The translations under genes were made by a program, and so were the position numbers. A DNA stretch of 64,000 bases from the human T2T-CHM13v2.0 reference genome, Homo sapiens: the NCBI RefSeq assembly GCF_009914755.1, contig NC_060926.1. The stretch is one strand, 5' to 3'. This document shows, one piece after another, positions 53,671 through 64,000 of the stretch. The notes beneath the pieces are model-generated. The model worked only from the letters and a program-made list of their open reading frames with translations. It was not told where the DNA came from and did no database searches. How positions within the stretch are numbered: the stretch's first letter is position 1; each line of letters starts with the position of its first letter.

Positions 53671-55130
53671 TGGGAATCACATTTTAATACTCTTAACACA
53701 TCTGCCAAAGTATCCTCCAGAAAACTTGCACATCCTCACCGGCATATGATAGTGCTGTTACAATTATTTTTCTCCTTGTCAAATTAAAAGGGGAAAAATG
53801 AGACCATGTTTACTTCTTACATATATTTTAATAATTTCCTAGGGCACCTCACCAGCTTTCAATCAGTCCAGTTCAGTGGATTGCACTCAACCAGGATTTC
53901 TTGGATTGTTCCATTGTATCTTGTACAAGGGTGTTCTCTCCTCTTGCATTTCACACAAAGGGTGCTCACTCTGAGAGTACATCTTCCTCATTGTCTTAGT
54001 CCTCAGAAATGGATATCGGTGTGCAGCAGGTTTACTGGGGAGTGCTGTGGGGATCAATAGCTAGTGGGGACAGGGAGAGCATGAATGGGCAGAGGTAGAA
54101 GTCAAACTGCTGTGCAGTTGCAACAAAGACCTCGGTGGAGCCCACAGGGAGCTCCGCAGCTCAGATAGCCCTTCAGAGTGGCTCCAAATCAGGCAAGGGG
54201 GCTGGGCCTTTTACCCAGCATCAACCAGTCATGGGATGCAGGCTGCCCTTGGGGAAGTAGTGTAAATGTGGGTGAACCAGCTTATTTTAGTCAAGGGTAA
54301 TTCCTAGGGAGAGAGGAGAGAGGTTAGCTATGAGCTGTCAATAGTCAACGAGGTACTAAAGTAGGTTTCTGGGCTGCACATCATGGCATCCACTAGAGCC
54401 CACCCTAGTACCTGCTCTGTATAGTAACAAGACTGCATTTCAGAACAGCACCTACAAGATCCTGGTTGGCCTCTTTTCCTAAGGAAACTTACAAGAGGAA
54501 GGCTAATAGGACGAAATTCAGCTGTTGCAGCTGGAGCTGAACTTGAGCCTAAAATTGATACTGATCATGATTCCCTCCTCTACAACCCATTCCTAGATTC
54601 CCCTCTTAGCTAGCACCTTTTCTAGTCTAGGTGGTTTACCTGGCGGAGTGACACAGACCTTCATTCCTGAAGGACCTAAGTCTTTGGTCACCATACTTTT
54701 TTAGGCCACGGCTGGTATACTTGTCCTTTACTGTCAAAACTGGTTAGTGGTTGCATGAGAAGTGCTGGATTACCTGGGTGTCAAACCTTTATCCTGCTCC
54801 CACTGTATAACAGATACCTGACCTCTTCTTGCTGCTCAGGTCAGTTAAACCCACTAATATTATGACTGTTTGGCTTGCCGGCAGGCATGTGGAGCCTGAA
54901 ATGGCAGAGCAGCAGTGACAGTTTCAAGTTTCAAGGAGCTCTTCTTGTGTCTCCTAGTGCAAGTGTTAGACCTGTGGGAACTAGGATATATAGAACCACA
55001 GAGTCTGCAGCTGTGGGGAAGGAAGCACCAATTTCCCAAGTGGATCACCGGAAGAGATGGTGTGCAGGGCCACTCCTTCCACCTCTTGTATCCTGGACCC
55101 TTGTATTCTACCTCATGGGGACTATGCCTC

Positions 55131-55581
<451 letters not shown>

Positions 55582-55744
55582 TAAAACAGTTGCTGAATTA
55601 AGGCAGAGACCATATTTGGAGGTGGTGCCCCTGCCTTGCACAATAACATCTCCAAGCCAGCACCTTGGTTGAGCCTCCAAAAGGCCCTTCTATCACCCTA
55701 TAAGTCATGAAGCTTCTGGGCAGTTCAGTGAGTAACAGGATCAG

Positions 55745-56370
55745 TGTCAGGAACTCAGTGGAGCTGGGAGAGTGAGCTGTCAGAGTAGCTGATTAAAGCA
55801 ATAAGCCAAAAATTAAAGTGAAGCCTTTAAGCACTTACTGCGATGGTAAAAGCGAGTTTAAAGCTGGAGAAAGCTCTTACTCCTGCTTCATTTCCCCTAT
55901 GAAATGATGCAGTGAATGAGGGTCAGGGGGATCAGCACAGACATGGCGGTCTCTTGGGCAAAAGGCTCCAGAAGTTTTATGGACCCTGAAGTGGAGAGGG
56001 TTTGGGGTAGAAAAGTCCTGGGTGCTCAGTCAGATTGGGGAAAAAGTGTCTTCAAGGTTCTTCCTCCTCCCCCTATAAGGAGACCTCAGCAGAGGAGGCC
56101 AAGGAGGACCTCTGCCCAAGGTCTCAGACGGTGACCCAGAGATAAAGGCACCAGGCTAGGAATGTAAATGCATGAAGAGCATGGCTGGCCAGGGGAGCCT
56201 GAGTCCTTGACTACAACTTCCTTTAGAAACCAGGATGCACCGGCTGTGCACGATGAATGGCGTGGAGAGGGCAGCTTTCCCTGTGAGGCCTGCCAGGTAG
56301 TCTTTGTAATTGCTTATGGTCAGGCCTGAAAAATCACAGATAGGTATTTAACCAAGGGCCAGACTCCTCA
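55745..56370. mobile_element. Probable solo LTR, family not identified
   Basis: TG...CA ends. Interrupts ERVL-like sequence. Degenerate TSD ATCAG/ACCCG. Confidence 0.45.
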
Positions 56371-56526
56371 ACCCGTAGATCTCATGGTATCGCGCCTATT
56401 GCTTTGCTGTAAGGTGGGACTCTGAGTCTGAGCTGTGGGGGATTCCATGTTGGTGCATCAAACTTTGTAAATGCCGGGACACTGCTACTAGATGAGACCT
56501 CAAAGGCAGAAAATGAAAACCCATAC

Positions 56527-56943
56527 TGTTGGGGTGATCAGACCCAACACCAGGCCATGGGGGCTACGAAGTCCAGCAGAGTCAAAGGAATGAGAAGAGA
56601 CAAGTTAAGAAAGAAAATGGGACCAGGGGGCCAACGCTAGTTTGGAGGCTGCGAAGGCCCCAAGCTCTGGGAGCCCATGCTATTTATTGGTGATCAAAGA
56701 AACAGGTGGTGAGGATGTGGGGGTTGAAAGGAAGCGGTGTATCAAGCAAATGAGGTACAGCTATGATGGTTTAGCATTTTCTTTGAAACATATGGCTACT
56801 TGAGATAATGGAAGTGCTAGAAGCAAGGAGCCAGCAAATCTAGACACATTCCAGAGGCCACGAGGGGTTTTAGACCCTGGACCCCAGACATGTTCCAAGC
56901 CCTGCCTCAGTTTCTCTCCCAACACTCAGCTTTTCTCCCAACA
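56527..56943 (-). mobile_element. Solo LTR, LTR3-type (HERV-K HML-6)
   Basis: TGTTGGG...CCCAACA termini. Perfect TSD CATAC at 56522 and 56944. AATAAA on the minus strand at 56683-56688. Confidence 0.78.
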
Positions 56944-57100
56944 CATACCTAGAACATGTGCTGAGTCCAGTAAAGTTGAATTGCTGCTGGAGGTTGGAAG
57001 GGTCCAATGTTATCAACTTGCTAAGAAGTGAGTGGTTGGTTTCCTCCAGGGATGGTGCCACACTGAGGGCTTGGCGTTGAGTTCTGTTGCTGGCAGACAG

Positions 57101-57608
57101 TGAGAGGTGAAGCCAGTGGGACTTCCTGGGTCAAGTGGGGACTTGGAGAACTTTTCTATCTAGCTGGAGGATTGTAAATGCACCAATCAGCACTCTGTAA
57201 AATGGACCAATCAGTGCTCTGTAAAATGGACCAATCAGCAGGACGTGGGCGGGGCCAAATAAGGGAATAAAAGCTGGCCATCTGAGCCAGTGGCAACTGT
57301 TCAGGTCGCCTTCCATGCTGTGGAAGCTTTGTTCTTTCTCTCTTCACAATAAATCTTCCTGCTGCTCACTCTTTGGGTCCGCACCACCTTTAAGAGCTGT
57401 GACACTCACCATGAAGGTCTGCAGCTTCATTCTTGAAGTCAGCGAGACTACAAACCCACTGTAAGGAAGAAACTCGGGGCACATCTGAAGGAACAAACTC
57501 CGGACACACCATCTTTAAGAGCTGTAACACTCACCGCAAAGGTCCACGGCTTCATTCTTGAAGTCAGTGAGACCGAGAACCCACCAAAAGGAATAAATTC
57601 CGGACACA
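57101..57608 (+). mobile_element. Solo LTR12-family (ERV9) LTR
   Basis: TGAGAGGTGAAGCCAG...CCGGACACA. CCAATCAG repeats at 24-bp period. TSD ACAG/ATAG. Confidence 0.88.
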
Positions 57609-58261
57609 ATAGGACATTTGGCAGTGAGAGAAACTAGATCAGTCTCAGTGAGTGGGAACCCACGTTGGGTCCATAGCCTCCATCCCTGCCACCTGCCTAC
57701 TTTCATTAGACTGTTGTACTAGACTTGCAGTGACTGATGACAGAGGCAGGTTGATGTCAAATGGTCAAGTCATTCTGTCCACCAGAATTCCATGGTGGAT
57801 ATTCTCTGGTGAGTGTTAACATATGATACTAAGATCTTTACATTTTGTTCCTATTTCTGTAGTTCCACCCATATGATTTTTGGTCAAGCCTCCTTGCCCC
57901 TAAACTTCCAATCTTTCTCTTTCCAGGCCCCTGACTAATCAGCCTAGCCATTCACTAATGTCCACAAATGTATGTGTGTTGTTCTTACCTTGGGCCACTT
58001 CCCATTCCATACAAAATATATAACCAGAGGCACTGCCCATTGGAAAGATTTTATGTCTTTCAAGGCCACCCTTAAGTGGTTGTAGTATAATAGTAGCAGC
58101 CTCTTACCAAGTCAGCCCAACCGTGAAACAAACATGGCTCTTTTCATCCTCTGCCAGCTGGTCTCAAGGGAGGTTCCCTTTTCCCCTCTTCCTCCAACTC
58201 CAAACATGACCATAAGTTTGAGCTGAGGAAGAGAACAGACCCAACAGTGGTGATGACATGA

Positions 58262-58658
<397 letters not shown>

Positions 58659-59226
58659 GGCAACTATTATCCTAGGATGCTTTTAGCCCTTGTAACTTGG
58701 TGAATCTGAAAGAATCCAGCACACAATGGGAAGATCTGGCTGCACAGTCACTTGATGTCCTATAATTAGGTACTCTATCTCCACCAGGGCCCTGTAGCCA
58801 GCCAGGGTCTCTTTTCTGAATGGTGTATAGTTCTCTGCTGCAGATGGCATAGTCTTACTCCAGAACCTAGGAGGTCTATGTTGTGATTCTCCTACTGGGG
58901 CCTCCTATAAACTCTACATGGCATCATTTCCTACCACAGATACCTTTAGTAGCATAGGATTTGCTGCTTGAACCATAGCCTGGAACTGCTTTAGAGCCCT
59001 CTCCTGTGCTAGGCACAGCTCAAAACTGACAGCACTCCATGTAGATGGGTCAGAGCAGTGTTGTTTGAAGGTTCTGTTCGATAGTTAGTTATTAGTTCCA
59101 TGTATTCCAGACTTGGGAAGTGCAAAGAAACCAAGAAGTTATTATTATTATAACACTTTTTGAATGTCTTATAAAAAGTGAGGCACCGTAAAAATGTTAT
59201 TTATCGAATAAATCTCTCTTCAGTCA

Positions 59227-59629
59227 TGATATGGCTTGGGTATTTGTCCCCTTCAAATCTCATGTTGAGACGTAATTCCTAGTGTGGGAGGTGGGGCCTG
59301 GTGGAAGGTGTTTGGATCATGGAAGCAGATCCCTCATGAATGGTTTAGCACCATCGCCTTGCTGATGAGTGAGTTCTCACTCTGAGTTCATGTGAGATCT
59401 GGTTAAGTGTGTGGCATCTCTGTCCTCTCTTCCTCCCATGTCATGTGCCTGCTTCCCCTTTGCCTTCCACCGTGATTGTCAGTTTCCTGAGGCCCTCACC
59501 AGAAGCAGATGCTGGCAACATGCTTCCTTACAGCCTTCATTACAACCATGAACCAATTAGTTCTCTTTTCTTTATAAATCACCCAGTCTCGGGTATTCCT
59601 TTATAGCAACGCAAAAATGGCCTAGTACA
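59227..59629 (+). mobile_element. MST-type MaLR solo LTR
   Basis: TGATATGGCTTGG...GGCCTAGTACA. TSD AGTCA/ATTCA. Confidence 0.85.
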
Positions 59630-60274
59630 ATTCACAAACGTGAAACCAGTGGAGTGCATTCTACAGCTATCGCTGTAGAAATGGTAGACTTTTAAAGGCA
59701 AAGGCAAGGAATTCCAGTAAACAAATCTTCCTTTAGGGTGCTCTTTTATGATAGGTTTCTTCAAAAACATCCAAGAAATGTTTTACTTTCCTATCACCTT
59801 AAAATAAAAATAAAAATAAAAAAAAAACACCCCAGAACCTTTAGCATTTCAAATGATAAATCTACATAGGCATTTTCAAAAGCCATTTTGTATATGTGTT
59901 TAGCCCCACCATGTTTGCTTGCCTCGTTGAATATTCTGGTGACAATACTAAGAACACAAAGGAATTTCAGAATTAGCATTTTAATGCTTCTCATAAGTAA
60001 AAAAATCAACTGAGTCTCATTCTGAAGCAAATGTTAAGTTTGCTATGTGGAGGCTGTGGCCAATAACCAGTCAGCAGCACTAAAGCTGAGTGTGGATGTT
60101 GGCTGTTTTCTTGCAAAGTGGAAATGTTAGCTCTCCCAAATTGGACCCAGTGACAGTCCAGATGTGGGAGTCTGTTACAAAAGAAAGCAGGTTCTGAGTT
60201 ACGCTAAGAAAGAAGACAACAGCTAATCTTATTTACTTCCAGAAACTTGTCTCTGATCAGCAATTTCTTTCTCT

Positions 60275-60929
<655 letters not shown>

Positions 60930-61149
60930 GTAGAATAGTTAATTTGGAAATTTCTATAATAGATTTGACTAAATTAGAAAAATGAATAACTATTTTGAAG
61001 CCCAAATAATCCATCAATATATGTAATCTACTTTTACAAACAGATGGGAAAAAGCAAATTGGTTAAAAATGTTACTGCTTGCATCCTTTCAGACTCCGAA
61101 TGCATATACTATTTGGATATGTGCATATAAATTTCCCTGAGCAGTATGA

Positions 61150-61640
61150 TATGTTATCTAGGTCAGGGTCGGTCAGAAACATATGGCACACTCAAACAAA
61201 ATATGCTTGAAAAGTTATGTAAAGAAGCCATAAAGATTTGGGAAGCTTTAAAGGAAACAGAAAGGATTGGTGAAGTACCCTAGAGCCAGCAACCACAGGA
61301 AGCTACTACCACCTTTAGGTCTGAAGGAGCAGAGAGGGAGCAGCTAGTGGGGTCTAAGAAGCAGGGGTACTGGTAGAGTGGAGGCTGTGGCCTTCAGGAG
61401 AGGAAAGTAGCTGTGGCTAGAATGTGGTCCAGCAAAGAAAGAAAATAAATATCCTGACCTTTCTCTTCTCCCTCCATTTGATCTGTTGGTGTTTTCCAAT
61501 GACCAAAGCCAATTAGAAGCCATTAAGGAAGGTGCTTGGTTAATGCAGTCCATAGAGGTTGGCCTCCCAGGACACACAGCAGAGTGGAAAATGGCAGTAA
61601 GTGGAGAAAGCAAGGGCAAACAGAGAAAGTCCAGCTCACA
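61150..61640. mobile_element. Old ERVL-type LTR (LTR33-like)
   Basis: gtcagggtc...gaaacatatggcacactcaaa resembles the LTR33 end, from memory. Confidence 0.5.
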
Positions 61641-61672
61641 GGAAGAGCTTTCAATGACAATGAACACACATA

Positions 61673-63135
<1,463 letters not shown>

Positions 63136-63767
63136 TACTGTGCTTTTCAATGGCTGATTAACATTCTACAATATGGATATAGCATTATTTAATCCTCTAC
63201 TAATGGACATTTAGGTTGTTTGCATTTCTTTCTCTGGTATAAACAATGCTACAATAGATATCTTTAAACACATCTTGTTTTGTGCACCTGTATTCTTAGG
63301 ATACGTTTTTTTTTTTATTTTATTTTTTAAGAGATGGGGTCTCGCTGTGTCACTGAGACACTGAGGCTGGAATGCAGTGGTGCACTCATAGCTCACTGCA
63401 GCCTTTAATTTTAACTCCTGGGCTCAAGCGATCCTCTTGCCTCAGTCCTCCATAGTAGCTGGGATCACAGGTGCCAGACACCCCACCCAGTTAGGGCTAA
63501 ATTCTAAGAGAGAGGCATTACTGGGTTAAAGGATATGCATATTCACATTTTGATACACACAGCTAAACTGCCTGCCTGAAATTATGTATGTTTATACTCC
63601 ACCAACAGCACCTCAAAGCTCCCAATTCTCCACCCTGTGGTGAACAATAAGCATATTTTATTTTCATTGCCAGTTTGTCACCTCACTGTTGTTTCAATTC
63701 ATGATCACCAGAGAAGCTGAATATTTTTAAAGAATAAGGTTTTAAAAAGGTATTTGAAGAGTTCCTA

Positions 63768-64000
63768 GCCGGGCGCAATGGCTCACGCCTGTAATCCCAG
63801 CATTTTGGGAAGCTGAGGTTTGCGGATCACTTAAGGTCAGGAGTTCGAGACCAGCCTGGCCAACATGGTGAAACCCCATCTCTATTAAAAATACAAAAAT
63901 CAGTTGGGCGTGGTAGTGGGCACCTGTAATCCCAGCTACTCGGGAGGCTGAGGCAGGAGAATCGCTTGAACCTGGGAGGCGGAGGTTGCAGTGAGCCAAG
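63768..64000 (+). mobile_element. AluS-type (cut by window edge)
   Basis: Alu consensus. Confidence 0.88.

Overview
Human genomic DNA that I recognise as the LCT/MCM6 locus on chr2q21. The minus strand carries the complete 17-exon MCM6 gene. I resolved all GT-AG junctions from the sequence: ATG at 44784, TGA at 9290-9292, 2466 nt of CDS, 821 aa. About 2.5 kb past its distal poly(A) signal lie the promoter and first coding exon of lactase (LCT; ATG 5621, donor at 4981). MCM6 intron 13 holds the lactase-persistence enhancer. This haplotype has the ancestral (non-persistence) base at -13907, -13910, -13915, -14009, -14010, -14011 and -22018. The rest is dense primate repeat sequence: about 60 Alus, L1/L2/MIR, MaLR/ERVL LTRs, Tigger elements, and a nested ERV stack at 54-59 kb. 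Nearly all short ORFs in the track are Alu or GC-rich artefacts. I found no convincing undescribed system. The best second-look items are a tandemly duplicated AT palindrome, a (TTAGG)7 array, serial reuse of Alu target sites, the nested LTRs and candidate extra enhancers. Repeat subfamily names are recalled by eye and repeat boundaries are approximate.
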